From IMG/VR virus record IMGVR_UViG_3300033757_000347: a stretch of 64,000 nucleotides of DNA, one strand, 5' to 3'. The position numbers and the translations under genes were made by a program. Below the pieces are notes generated by a model. The model saw nothing but the letters and a program-made list of their open reading frames with translations, made no database searches and was not told the DNA's origin. Shown piece after piece: positions 17,186-27,047 of the stretch (its first letter is position 1; every line of letters begins with the position of its first letter). The DNA comes from a virus. Its lineage: Duplodnaviria > Caudoviricetes.

Positions 17186-17593
17186 GTGAAGTTAAAGCAC
17201 GTTATGCTCTTCGAGAGCTTCAACGACCTTAGCAGGGAAGAGATCAGAGACCTTGAAGAAGTTGGGATCCTGCCGTCCTGGTTCTCCGACCCAGAATCCC
17301 TAGTGGAGGACAATCCCAGCTTAGAAGTGGACAACGAGAACGGAACGATAAGGGATTCGGATTACGAGTACGTCCTGGACTTCAGGAACCGAACTTTTAC
17401 GGACGAGGAGGAGGGCACGACCAAGAGTTTCGACGACCCTGACCTGCTGCCGTTCTTCACAGTGCCCAAGGGCAAGGCTAACCTCTCGCAGACGCAGCTG
17501 GATCCTATCCTAAACTCCGCGGCCTACTGGGTGGAGACCCACAGGAAGATGAGGGAACTGTTCAACCGGCCGGAGGATCCGGATTGGCGCTAA
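17186..17593 (+). CDS. putative internal virion protein
   Basis: GTG start, KLKHVMLFESFND. Confidence 0.6.
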   Translation: MKLKHVMLFESFNDLSREEIRDLEEVGILPSWFSDPESLVEDNPSLEVDNENGTIRDSDYEYVLDFRNRTFTDEEEGTTKSFDDPDLLPFFTVPKGKANLSQTQLDPILNSAAYWVETHRKMRELFNRPEDPDWR

Positions 17594-17741
17594 CTCAGCT
17601 GGGTGGGACTCCCTAGTACGGGTACCGGCAGGCCGCCGGACCAGACCAACCCAAAAGGGCCGGCACTCCGTAGTGCTGCTACCGAAAAAGCTTGCAGGGG
17701 CCGGGAAAAAGAAGCCTGCGAATCCTCTAACTAATTGATTA

Positions 17742-18428
17742 TCAACCTATTTCTCCGAGAGCCCTCTTGGCCTCGTAGATGAGTTCCGTCAGGTCCTGCT
17801 TGATCTCCTCGCGGTACTCCTCCCTTAGCAGGACGGGCGATGCAACGTGCACCTCGACCCCGTGCCATTCCAGGAACCGGCTGAACAGGTGGCCCATGCC
17901 CCAGCGGGCAATCCTATCCTCGGTCTCTACGACCAGCAGGCTTACCTGCTTCCTCATGACGAGCTCTATCAGCTTGTCGTGCCCCTCTAGAGCCTTCCGC
18001 CCGTTTACCGGCCCGATATCCTTTATGACCTCGTCCACCCGTATGCCCGCTCGCACGCAGTAATCCTGCATCCTGTCCACCTGCCTAGCCAAGCGGGCAG
18101 GTGCGGACTCGCCCGGCTCGCCCCTACTCCCTAGTACTGCTACCCTACAGTAGAGGACTACTCTCTTGGTCTGCTTCAGTTTACTCCCTAGTACGGCTAC
18201 CACGTTCGCTTCAGTGTACATGACTCGGCCGTTAGCTGCGTTCTTTATGGGTAGCAGCAGGCCCCGTTTCTCGTACCTAAGCACAGTAGCTTTCTGGATA
18301 TTAAGGAACTTCATGGCATCCTTCCTGTAGACCATACGGCCCAGGGATCCCATGTCTCGCACGTTCTCGAGAGAGTAGTAGTTTACAGTTGGCTGGCTTG
18401 TGGTCGTGGTGGTAACTTGTTCTTCCAT
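17742..18428 (-). CDS. IS607-TnpA-like protein (MerR HTH + serine recombinase), catalytic Ser replaced by Ala
   Basis: TVLRYEKRG..GRVMY HTH; YCRVA instead of YxRVS; DIG, EDRIAR; late promoter on the minus strand at about 18433-18441; no adjacent tnpB. Confidence 0.8.
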   Translation of the reverse strand: MEEQVTTTTTSQPTVNYYSLENVRDMGSLGRMVYRKDAMKFLNIQKATVLRYEKRGLLLPIKNAANGRVMYTEANVVAVLGSKLKQTKRVVLYCRVAVLGSRGEPGESAPARLARQVDRMQDYCVRAGIRVDEVIKDIGPVNGRKALEGHDKLIELVMRKQVSLLVVETEDRIARWGMGHLFSRFLEWHGVEVHVASPVLLREEYREEIKQDLTELIYEAKRALGEIG

Positions 18429-18440
18429 AAACCTATTTAT

Positions 18441-19020
18441 CCCTGGGCTAGGTACCTTCTCGCACGAGTCTGATACCGTGGGCAGCCTAGGTAACCGCAG
18501 ATACCCCTGGGCCCTCGGTCCCTCGCATACTGTTCCCTGGGCCCCCGGTCGGAGACCCCCACCACCCGGCCGTATTGGGGTGCCCATTTGGTACCCGCTG
18601 GCTTGGGTTGAGTTTAGCCTGGAGCTGGGTACCTTTTTCGCTGGGACTCCGTAGACCGGGAACCTGCCGCTGAAAAGCTGGGTACTTTTTTGCTCTCAGC
18701 TGGGTACCTATTCGGTTACCTGCTCTATGACGGTTCGGTTTATGGGGTAGTAGCTTTCGGTTCCTTTCTCGTCGGTCAGCCTGTAGAAGCCTGCTTCGCT
18801 GACGTAAAGGGTTCCTGTTACCGTGTTTCGAAAGGTGGATCCTTCTGTGTTGCAGTATACCTTGTAAGTGTGCATGTTCCGGTAGGTTTGGTTGGAGTTA
18901 ACTTACCAATCTAAGTGTGAAAGAGGTACCTGTTTCTTTTAGTTTATTTCTGTTCTGATAATGCTGTTGGGCGCCCTCTTGCTTTTTGCTTGGGGCCGGA
19001 CGGACCGATCTTTGGTAGGT
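18441..19020. repeat. repeat-rich intergenic region (AGCTGGGTAC x3, CCCTGGGCCCyCGGTC x2, several GGTACC)
   Basis: Copies at 18623, 18676, 18698; and 18505, 18535. Confidence 0.7.
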
Positions 19021-19040
19021 TTTGAGAAAAGAAAAAGATC

Positions 19041-19385
19041 GTGTTCGATTTCCTGAGGAGAAAGAAGGGGCCGGCCAGAAACCGGTTCAGGGTCAGGGTG
19101 GAGCCCTTCGATTCCGAGAACGTCTACTACTGCATCCTCTATTCCTTCAACGGTGGCTTCACCTGGAAGAGGTACGAGCACTGCGACCTCTACTGGGACG
19201 AGAGCCTGTGCTCTACTACCCAACCGTACCTGTTCGGGGACTTCGACCGTGCGGTCGAAGCTGCGAAGAGCCTGACCGAGGAGTCGGTGAAGAAGCACGA
19301 GGTCGAGGAGTCCGAGAAGTACCTTCAGAGGATTAAGGAGATCAGGGAAAAGCGCGCGAGCAGGGACAGGACCTTCTCGACCTAG
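19041..19385 (+). CDS. hypothetical protein
   Basis: ORF track. Confidence 0.6.
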   Translation: MFDFLRRKKGPARNRFRVRVEPFDSENVYYCILYSFNGGFTWKRYEHCDLYWDESLCSTTQPYLFGDFDRAVEAAKSLTEESVKKHEVEESEKYLQRIKEIREKRASRDRTFST

Positions 19386-19414
19386 GGTTGGTAAAGTAAC
19401 TAAAAAGAAACTGC

Positions 19415-19726
19415 ATGTACGTAACAGGCAAGGTGGTCAAGCCGCTCGGAGACCGGAGCAAGGTCCCAGCGCGACCGAGGAGAACCTGCTTCTTCGGCAG
19501 GTCGAGGGAAGAAACTCTGTACAGGAGAAACGGTTCGAGCTACAACGGCAGCTGGACCGTCACGGTGACGGTCGACCGTGGCAAGGGGGAAGCGACGATA
19601 CGCGACGAGTTCAACGTGTCGGGAAGCATGACCGACACCGAGCTGAAGAGAGCCTACGACTCTGCCGTCAAGGAAGCATGGGAGGTATTCGACGGCCTCG
19701 ACCAGGAAGACGAAACTAAAAGCTAA
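19415..19726 (+). CDS. hypothetical protein
   Basis: ORF track. Confidence 0.6.
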   Translation: MYVTGKVVKPLGDRSKVPARPRRTCFFGRSREETLYRRNGSSYNGSWTVTVTVDRGKGEATIRDEFNVSGSMTDTELKRAYDSAVKEAWEVFDGLDQEDETKS

Positions 19727-19730
19727 CACC

Positions 19731-20147
19731 ATGAGCGAAAGAGATTGGACGCCCGTTCGCAAGGGCGAGGTTTACTGCTCTCCGGCCTGCGGGGCTGGGT
19801 GCAAGCACAGGGACTACGTCAAGGCGTTCGGCCTGGCCGAGGGCTTGGCCAAGAAGTGTTCGGACGAGATCGGCGGAACCTGGAAAGCGCGAGTCTGGGA
19901 GAACCTGGGCTGGCACTGGGAAGTCGTTCAGGAAGGGTCAAAGGTCGCGATCAGTTACGGTGGCTACCTTGCCAAGGGAACAGGCTACTCGGTTGGGTTC
20001 CTCGGAGGAACCCCCGCTCAGGTCTCGGTCCGCGAGTCGTTCGAGACTCCCAAGGAAGCCTATGACGCTCTAGGAATCGCCGTTGCCGACGAGGCAAAGC
20101 GTTGGAACGCGACCGTGGACAGCATGCTGAAAAATTCAAAGAGGTAA
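19731..20147 (+). CDS. hypothetical phage protein (YCSPACGAGC...W..RVWENLGWH)
   Basis: ORF track. Confidence 0.7.
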   Translation: MSERDWTPVRKGEVYCSPACGAGCKHRDYVKAFGLAEGLAKKCSDEIGGTWKARVWENLGWHWEVVQEGSKVAISYGGYLAKGTGYSVGFLGGTPAQVSVRESFETPKEAYDALGIAVADEAKRWNATVDSMLKNSKR

Positions 20148-20158
20148 AAAATAAGATC

Positions 20159-20590
20159 ATGCCAAAAAAGTTGGAAAAACCGTTGCCGATAGACCGGTCC
20201 TTGGAAGGAGCCCTTAGCTTCCTGAAGGGAAAGGTCCTTCTTCGGTCGAACACAGCAGAGCTGCTGATCGTCGGAGACTTCACCGTGGAAACGGTCGAGA
20301 CCGAGCGAAAGGGGTTCATCACCGGACGAAAGAAGGTGATAAGCCAGAGGTGCTTGACGGAGATAGACCTCTACGGATGGAACCCGAACCTTGGGTTCTG
20401 GGGGACGTACAGCTCGGAAACAGCTAAATTCATCCTGACCCTGTACGACCTTGCTGCCATGCGAGAAAGCTTCGAGAAAAAGGTTCTCGCTCCGCTGGAA
20501 GCTCTCGGAGTGGACATGACCGCCCACCCGGAAAGGACGGCAGATTCCGAAAGGCAGAGCCCGTACCTCTACATTCACGGAAAGAAATGA
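20159..20590 (+). CDS. hypothetical protein
   Basis: ORF track; start moved to the ATG at 20159. Confidence 0.6.
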   Translation: MPKKLEKPLPIDRSLEGALSFLKGKVLLRSNTAELLIVGDFTVETVETERKGFITGRKKVISQRCLTEIDLYGWNPNLGFWGTYSSETAKFILTLYDLAAMRESFEKKVLAPLEALGVDMTAHPERTADSERQSPYLYIHGKK

Positions 20591-20705
20591 CAGAACTTTG
20601 GTAAGTTAACCACCGCTCCTCCAAAAAGAAGCGCTTCGTGCGAGTTGGAAGCCGGGACAGGGAAATCGCTACTCTTAGGCCCGCTAAAAAATCAAACGAA
20701 GAGCC

Positions 20706-20930
20706 ATGAGTAAGAAGAGCAAACTAAGGAACAGGGAGCGTCGACTCCTTGAGAAGAGATCGAGAAGAGCAGCCAACAGGGCCCGGTATGCAGAGCTTAA
20801 ACGGCTCGGCATAAACAGCCGGTCGAAGCGGTTCAGAGCTAACTCAAAGAGGAAGCTCGCCAAAACGGTCGACCACCCGAGCGGCCCGTGCGGAAACCCA
20901 GCCTGCTCTAAGTGCTTCCCTGACCTGTAG
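20706..20930 (+). CDS. small highly basic protein with C-terminal CGNPACSKC
   Basis: Arg/Lys-rich. Confidence 0.6.
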   Translation: MSKKSKLRNRERRLLEKRSRRAANRARYAELKRLGINSRSKRFRANSKRKLAKTVDHPSGPCGNPACSKCFPDL

Positions 20931-21000
20931 AGAAGAGCCGGCTTGCCCGGCTCTTCTTCGTTTTAGCTGGTCGGATAAATAGAAAAAAGAACGAGAACAG

Positions 21001-21906
21001 ATGGCAAGCTTGCGATTCGTGCTGTACCCGACTGGGTCGAAGAAAGTTGAACTGGACACGGTCCTTACCTCTCCGAGCAACCGGATCCTGCTGTACAACC
21101 CGGACACGAGCGCACCGTTCTACGCTGGGTACAGCATAGCTAGGAGAATCAATTCAGGTTACACTGGTTACCTGATAAAAGTAAGGAGAGCTAGCGATAA
21201 TGCTCTGATGGAAGTAGGTTTCGACGGAAGCGGAAACCTTGACACATCTTCCTTGTCAACTTGGTTGGGATCGTCGGACGGTTACCTTCACACGCTGTAC
21301 GACCAGGGAGACTACTTGCTGGATTTCACTCAGTCCGAAAATTCCAGGCAACCGAAGATTGCTAACGCTGGAACGGTGATCACGGATCCCGACAATTCCA
21401 AACCTGCGTGCTACAACAACGTTCAGTACGACGTTAACCTCGTGTGCCCGGTAATGACGGTCGTTCAACCGGCCACCTACTTCATGGTGTGTCACCCAAC
21501 CTCGAACGTTACGTACGCTTACTTTCTTGACGGTAACTACGTTGGAGCTAGGCACCTGATCGGAAACTCTTCTAACAACATATACCTTTTCGCTGGTTCG
21601 GGTTTTGCTGACGGTGCATGGACAAACGCTGACACTTTGGTGTACGCTCTGATCAACGGTGATAGAAGTGCAGTCGGAAAGAACGGAGCAGCCGCAACCA
21701 ATGGCGATGCTGGAGCTGACGACTTGGGGTCCGCTCTGCTGCTTAGCGGTCGTAAAGTATCTGGCGGCGTGTTGGGAGAACCAGAGGATCACTGGGTAAG
21801 CATACAGGGTTACTTTCAGGAACTCATAATCTATAGCAATGATAACCAATCAGCCAATAGATCAACAATAGAATCAAACATAAATACATACTATTCGATC
21901 TACTAA
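21001..21906 (+). CDS. AbfB-catalytic/ConA-like carbohydrate-binding virion protein (possible receptor-binding)
   Basis: AGYS.RR..SGYTG..IKVRRASDN...LYDQ, GYFQELIIY; late promoter at 20973. Confidence 0.7.
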   Translation: MASLRFVLYPTGSKKVELDTVLTSPSNRILLYNPDTSAPFYAGYSIARRINSGYTGYLIKVRRASDNALMEVGFDGSGNLDTSSLSTWLGSSDGYLHTLYDQGDYLLDFTQSENSRQPKIANAGTVITDPDNSKPACYNNVQYDVNLVCPVMTVVQPATYFMVCHPTSNVTYAYFLDGNYVGARHLIGNSSNNIYLFAGSGFADGAWTNADTLVYALINGDRSAVGKNGAAATNGDAGADDLGSALLLSGRKVSGGVLGEPEDHWVSIQGYFQELIIYSNDNQSANRSTIESNINTYYSIY

Positions 21907-21992
21907 CATAAAGAATTGAACAAGTTTTGGATGCATGTTCCCATTTTCTACATAAATGGGTATATTTGCATACAAAATCAAAACATCACCAC

Positions 21993-22256
21993 ATGGACGC
22001 AATGATTCATAGTACAAAATCTGTAACATTCTTTCTCCTTTATGTAATTGCTAAAGGGCTCTGGATCTTTGCAGAATTTTTTGCATTTTCAGGAATCTTC
22101 TTCCTCTTTGTGTGGATAACCAACTTCCAACATGCACTTCAACTTTCGGTCGCGATGATCATAGTTGTTCCAGCTGTTCTCTTCCTGATGGGTTTCTATG
22201 AGATCAGAAAGAAAGAACTAAGAGAAATCGAAGAAATCTATAGACTCGGATTCTAA
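21993..22256 (+). CDS. membrane protein
   Basis: Hydrophobic helices; TATATTTG -7 box upstream. Confidence 0.6.
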   Translation: MDAMIHSTKSVTFFLLYVIAKGLWIFAEFFAFSGIFFLFVWITNFQHALQLSVAMIIVVPAVLFLMGFYEIRKKELREIEEIYRLGF

Positions 22257-22360
22257 GATTGCTTTGTTCCAGGAAGAGAGCTCCACTGTTCCTCTTTGTC
22301 ATGATTGCTGAAAAATTCTCTCTATTTCCTGATAAATATAGTTAAAATCAACAAAGCATC

Positions 22361-22978
22361 ATGAGAAAATACGTAATTCCTTTCAGTGATTACACCAAAG
22401 AAGCAGTAAACGAATCTGTTGAAACTAGAATCAGGCAACAGATCATTGATTCAGCATACAAGCTAGACGCAGAGCAACAAAAATGTGTTGCAGCTTTTCT
22501 GAAAATTGCAAAAGATTCAGACCTCGAAGCAATGGCAGATAACCTAGCAAACGGTGCAACTACTGTCACACTAGAAGCTGCTGGAGAAACGGCTGAAATC
22601 AACATTCCTGACATTGCTTCAGACATTATAGAAGAAAGTGCATCTTGGACTTCCAAAGAGCAACTCAATGAAGGATTAACTGACATGATCAGAAAGATCG
22701 GTAAAGCCGCTTTGTACGTTTTGGGAGCTATCTCTCTTGGTGGTGCCCTCACCAGCGCAGGTTCGATGTTTCTCCAGGCAAAGATGGCAATCTTCGATCA
22801 ACCAGTTTCTGGTGTGCAAGGAGCTCTTGCTGTATACGGAGGAATCATCGTAGCTGGCCTTCTCTTCTCAGCAGCTACTTCTATGGAAAAACCTGCACGG
22901 AGAAAAATGGCAGGCATTGCCAACCGTCCCAAAACGAATTATGAACATACACAACAACAAAACGAATTAAACCGATAA
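22361..22978 (+). CDS. late protein, CTS-like N-terminus plus two TM helices
   Basis: GATAAATA; MRKYVIPFSDYTKEAVNES; LNE site. Confidence 0.7.
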   Translation: MRKYVIPFSDYTKEAVNESVETRIRQQIIDSAYKLDAEQQKCVAAFLKIAKDSDLEAMADNLANGATTVTLEAAGETAEINIPDIASDIIEESASWTSKEQLNEGLTDMIRKIGKAALYVLGAISLGGALTSAGSMFLQAKMAIFDQPVSGVQGALAVYGGIIVAGLLFSAATSMEKPARRKMAGIANRPKTNYEHTQQQNELNR

Positions 22979-23197
22979 AATTATTTCCGAAATTTCTGTT
23001 TTAGGTTTTCAACTCGAAAAAAAAAACATAAAGACTGGAATTAAAATTATGAAATACTATAAGTTTTGATGAGTTGATAATATTTGCTAACCTGGCAAGT
23101 TCAAACCATTTGTTACAAAAACTTAACAGTAAGGGTTCTGACACCATGTACTACTATAATTGCTAATTTTTTGGTATATTATCGTTTAAGGTGGAGA

Positions 23198-24515
23198 ATT
23201 AGCAAGAAATCCCACAAGTCTTTAGCTTGTGTGGCTGAATTGCGTTACAAATATAATAATTATTTTTAGAATTTCTTGTTAGGTTTGTTAAGAGTTTGTA
23301 TATTTGCATTATGAAGTACAGAGCATATAGATATAGGTTGTACCCAAACGAAGAACAAAAGGTGCTTATTGCAAAGCATCTTGGCTCTTGTCGATTCATC
23401 TATAACTATGCTCTTGCAAAGAAAGTGAAAGCCTATCAGGTTGATGGCACTAACCTCTCTCGCTTTGATATTCAAGCGGACTTACCAAATATGAAAAAGT
23501 CTGATGAGTATTGTTGGCTAAAAGAAGTTAATTCACTTTCGCTTCAAGCATCACTTGCTAATCTTGATTCGGCTTACACAAAGTTCTTTCGTGAACACAA
23601 AGGCTTCCCTAATTTCAAGTCAAAGAAAGATAGCAAGCAAAGTTTTTCTATACCTCAAAACACAAAAGTTGATTTCGAGAATGGTAGAGTATTCATTCCT
23701 AAATTCAAAATCGGGATCAAAGCAAAATTGCATCGCACCTTTGAAGGTATAGTTAAATCATCTACAATTACAAGAACATCAACAGGTAAGTATTTCATTT
23801 CTATTCTTGTGGAAGTGAATAAATCCGATGTACCTATGAAACCAATTTGTGAAAGCAAAGCAGTTGGTATAGACCTCGGTATTAAAACATTCGCTGTCCT
23901 TTCAGATGGAACGGAAATACCTAATCCTAAATACCTAAAGCAATCGCTTGATAAAGTTAAGCACCTTCAACGCTCTCTATCTCACAAGACCAAAGGGTCA
24001 AAGAATAGAGATAAAGCAAGAAGAAAGTTAGCGTTAGCACACGAGAGAGTAACCAATCAAAGAAAAGATTTCTTACATAAGGTTACGAAATATCTCGTTA
24101 GCAATTACGATACTATCTGTCTTGAAGATTTGAATGTTAAGGGAATGGTTAAAAATCATCATCTTGCACAATCAATATCCGATGTTAGTTGGAGTATGTT
24201 CAACACTCTCTTAGAGTACAAAGCACAAGAGCAAGGAGTTAATATTCTTCGTATTGGAAGATTTGAACCCTCATCGAAGTTTTGCCCTTGTGGCTACATT
24301 AATAAGGGACTAACTCTCGCTATGCGTGAATGGACTTGCCCGGAATGTGGCACTATTCACTATAGAGATTTGCTCGCGGCTATCAATATCAAACGATTTG
24401 CTTTCCGAAACATAAATACGGTTGGAGCGACCGAAATTCACGCTTGTGGAGATATGAGTGGGGTTACTCACTCAGCCCAAGAAGCCCACAAATCTTCAGT
24501 TTGTGGGTAGTTCAC
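23198..24515 (+). mobile_element. IS200/IS605-family (IS1341-type, tnpB-only) element
   Basis: Left-end hairpin CCCACAAG..CTTGTGTGG (about 23211-23234); right-end hairpin CCCACAAA..TTTGTGGG followed by TAGTTCAC; left boundary approximate; AT-richer than flanks. Confidence 0.8.
23311..24510 (+). CDS. tnpB: RNA-guided endonuclease TnpB
   Basis: HTH_OrfB (YRYRLYPNEEQ), RuvC GIDLG / LEDL / RD..AAINI, Zn finger CPCG..CPECG. Confidence 0.93.
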   Translation: MKYRAYRYRLYPNEEQKVLIAKHLGSCRFIYNYALAKKVKAYQVDGTNLSRFDIQADLPNMKKSDEYCWLKEVNSLSLQASLANLDSAYTKFFREHKGFPNFKSKKDSKQSFSIPQNTKVDFENGRVFIPKFKIGIKAKLHRTFEGIVKSSTITRTSTGKYFISILVEVNKSDVPMKPICESKAVGIDLGIKTFAVLSDGTEIPNPKYLKQSLDKVKHLQRSLSHKTKGSKNRDKARRKLALAHERVTNQRKDFLHKVTKYLVSNYDTICLEDLNVKGMVKNHHLAQSISDVSWSMFNTLLEYKAQEQGVNILRIGRFEPSSKFCPCGYINKGLTLAMREWTCPECGTIHYRDLLAAINIKRFAFRNINTVGATEIHACGDMSGVTHSAQEAHKSSVCG

Positions 24516-24532
24516 CTTAACCTACGATAATC

Positions 24533-24766
24533 ATGGCACAACGAATGAAAGCTCTTAAAGAAAAGAAAAGCGACAATATTGTTTACATCTTTTCAAATCC
24601 ATCAGCTGCCTTCTCATCACCAGATCATGAACTAGTAATAGTTGAAGTAAAGGAAATACAATCTTCCATGTGTGCTATGTGCACAGCTTATGACAAATGC
24701 GCTTCTGGTTTAAAAGGTAATGATTTCGATTGCAGTAGTTATACCACTGACCCACAACCAGCTTAA
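24533..24766 (+). CDS. hypothetical protein
   Basis: ORF track. Confidence 0.5.
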   Translation: MAQRMKALKEKKSDNIVYIFSNPSAAFSSPDHELVIVEVKEIQSSMCAMCTAYDKCASGLKGNDFDCSSYTTDPQPA

Positions 24767-24776
24767 AAATACCAAT

Positions 24777-25004
24777 ATGAAACCTTGCTTATACTGCGGA
24801 CAGACAGCCACTCAAAAGAACCAGAATGGGTTCTGCATCAAGTACAATTGCGAGGAACGGCATAATACAGAAATGAGGTACCGCTACCTCCATAGGTATG
24901 ACCACGTAAAACCTTTTCAAAAAAAGGAAGAAACTTTTGAGGACATTCTGCAAGAGTGTCACCGTATCCTTGATAACATGAGTTACAAACTTTCAACCAA
25001 TTGA
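24777..25004 (+). CDS. hypothetical Cys-rich protein
   Basis: MKPCLYC... Confidence 0.55.
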   Translation: MKPCLYCGQTATQKNQNGFCIKYNCEERHNTEMRYRYLHRYDHVKPFQKKEETFEDILQECHRILDNMSYKLSTN

Positions 25005-25216
25005 TTAATAGCCAAATGATTAGAAAAATTTTTGGCGGAGTTTTTTACGTGATCTTCTGCTTGTTGACGGCGGCGGTCGGAATGGAGATACACGGAAGCA
25101 AGTTTCTAGCAGTCATTGACTTTCTGTTCGCTCCGTTGGCTTGGCTAAAGTGGGTCATCTGCAAGGAAGTTTGCTTGAGCTTGGTATGGAACGCGGTAGA
25201 ATTTTTCTTCAAGTGA
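25001..25216 (+). CDS. small membrane protein
   Basis: Hydrophobic. Confidence 0.55.
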   Translation: MINSQMIRKIFGGVFYVIFCLLTAAVGMEIHGSKFLAVIDFLFAPLAWLKWVICKEVCLSLVWNAVEFFFK

Positions 25217-25374
25217 TGCCAAAATTACAATACATTCAGCTCCAGGCAATCGACCTGTATCGTAAAGCCGCTGAATCCGGAAAAGCATCGTTCCTCGTTG
25301 GGACCTTACCTGGCGTGACGATCGGCCGATAAGAAAAATCTCTCCTAGCGAGAGTCTCATTGCCAAATGATGGA

Positions 25375-25405
25375 AAAGCCTGCAGGGAAACCTGCGGGCT
25401 TTTTT
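25375..25405 (+). terminator. intrinsic terminator
   Basis: AAAGCCTGCAGG/CCTGCGGGCTTT followed by a U-tract. Confidence 0.75.
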
Positions 25406-25491
25406 GTGTATAAATAAATTTGATCGACTGTGGGCCTAATGGACACAGTCGTATTGGTGGATCATTTGATCATCAAAAAAATCAAAAAGCC

Positions 25492-25974
25492 ATGACAAAA
25501 AGTTTAATCAAAAGACCTGCGTTCCCTTCCGTGTGGAACACTCGCGATGAATTTATCGCGCCTTTCAGCTCAATATTTGACAGAATTATTGAGCAACACT
25601 TCCCAGAATTCAAGGAAGATTTTTCCTTAAGCTTCAGCAAAGGTTCGTACCCAAAGGTCGACGTGGTAGACTACAATGACCGTATTGAAATCATAACTGA
25701 AATTGCTGGCTGGAAGAAGGATGAGATTTCAGTAGAGGTCGATAACGGAGTTCTAACAATTTCTGGAAATTCTTCCAGAAAGGAATCTAACGATACTGGA
25801 ACGTACCTAGTAAAAGAACTAAAGCGTTCTTCCTTCCAAAGGTCATTTAAGTTAACCGACCGACTTGACGATTCTTCCATTTTAGCAAAATTCGAAAATG
25901 GAATCCTTCACCTTTCTGTGCAAAAGAAAGTTGAAGTTTCCGAAAATCCAAAAAAGTTGATAGAAATTCAATAA
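25492..25974 (+). CDS. small heat-shock protein Hsp20
   Basis: YPKVDV, E..G..KDEI, SSFQRSF, AKFENGIL. Confidence 0.9.
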   Translation: MTKSLIKRPAFPSVWNTRDEFIAPFSSIFDRIIEQHFPEFKEDFSLSFSKGSYPKVDVVDYNDRIEIITEIAGWKKDEISVEVDNGVLTISGNSSRKESNDTGTYLVKELKRSSFQRSFKLTDRLDDSSILAKFENGILHLSVQKKVEVSENPKKLIEIQ

Positions 25975-26002
25975 CGATCTTCTCTTTTATCAGATCCACC
26001 AC

Positions 26003-26030
26003 AAGCCGGAAAAAACTTTCCGGCTTTTTT
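26003..26030 (+). terminator. intrinsic terminator
   Basis: AAGCCGGAAA/TTTCCGGCTT followed by a U-tract. Confidence 0.75.
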
Positions 26031-26341
26031 GTGTATAAAAAATCATGGAACGAATAAGCAGAGAAAACATAACATACCTGGAGAAAGTTCAGGAGCTGAC
26101 AGAGAAGTCAAATTTGCTGAGGGAATCGGCAGACCAATTTTCTACTCGGTCAAAGAAGCAATAGAGTACTACACAAATCTCGGCAAATTATGAAAGAACT
26201 GAGAAGATTTTGGTACCAGCTACAAGCCGACGCGATAATTCACGCGATGGCTAGGGTCAACAAACGTTTCGTTCCGATCCTGTACGATATTGGAATGGAC
26301 TTAAACGATAAAGCGCTAAGAAAAGAAATCGAACTGAACTG

Positions 26342-26707
26342 ATGAACATGAAAAAGAAAGTATTCGTAATCTGCAGTGTCAGAGGAATGGACGACAGCTA
26401 CCGGCAAAAACTTGAACAGTACGTTGCTACTTTGGAAAGTAACGGTTACGAGGTTCACCTTCCGCACAGGGACACTAACCAGGAAGCGTCAGGTTTGGAC
26501 ATCTGCTTGCAGAATTCAAGAGCTATACGAGAAGCTGATGAGGTTCACATCTTTTACAGTTCGAAATCCCAAGGAACTCACTTCGACATGGGAGTTGCCT
26601 TTGGCCTTCGAAAGAAGATAGTGATCGTTGAGAACGAACCGTTCGGCGAGGGGAAGAGCTACCCTAGAATGCTAACGGAATGGGAAAAAGTAACAGCAAA
26701 ACTGTAA
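26342..26707 (+). CDS. nucleoside 2'-deoxyribosyltransferase-like protein
   Basis: V.LPHRD, AIREAD, SQGTHFDMGVA..L.KKI. Confidence 0.7.
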   Translation: MNMKKKVFVICSVRGMDDSYRQKLEQYVATLESNGYEVHLPHRDTNQEASGLDICLQNSRAIREADEVHIFYSSKSQGTHFDMGVAFGLRKKIVIVENEPFGEGKSYPRMLTEWEKVTAKL

Positions 26708-27047
26708 AATTATGAAACGACTCGCGTGTTTTTTCGGCTTTCACAGGTGGGAAGAACCTGAATCCTTCGCAGGCGAAATGACTCGGTCCTGCAGAGTTTG
26801 TGGAAAGGTTGAGTACATGTACATGGGTCATTGGGTGCCGGTTCCAAAGAAACGAGTCAAATATTTTGACGGTGAAAAAACCTAAAGTGATACTGACCTA
26901 CCGATTTTTGCTGTGGACCGTCATCCTAGCGGCGATAGAAGGATTGGTCTTCTTTCTGTTGAAGTTTTGGCTGTGGTAATTGCTACCTATCACCTCAGAT
27001 AAATAATATCCTGGACAGCACGTCCATTAAAATAGGAGGAACTTGCC

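Noticed and set aside
17742-24515. IS607 TnpA and TnpB as one element
   Set aside because: They are about 5 kb apart on opposite strands with phage genes between them, and TnpB has IS605-type hairpin ends
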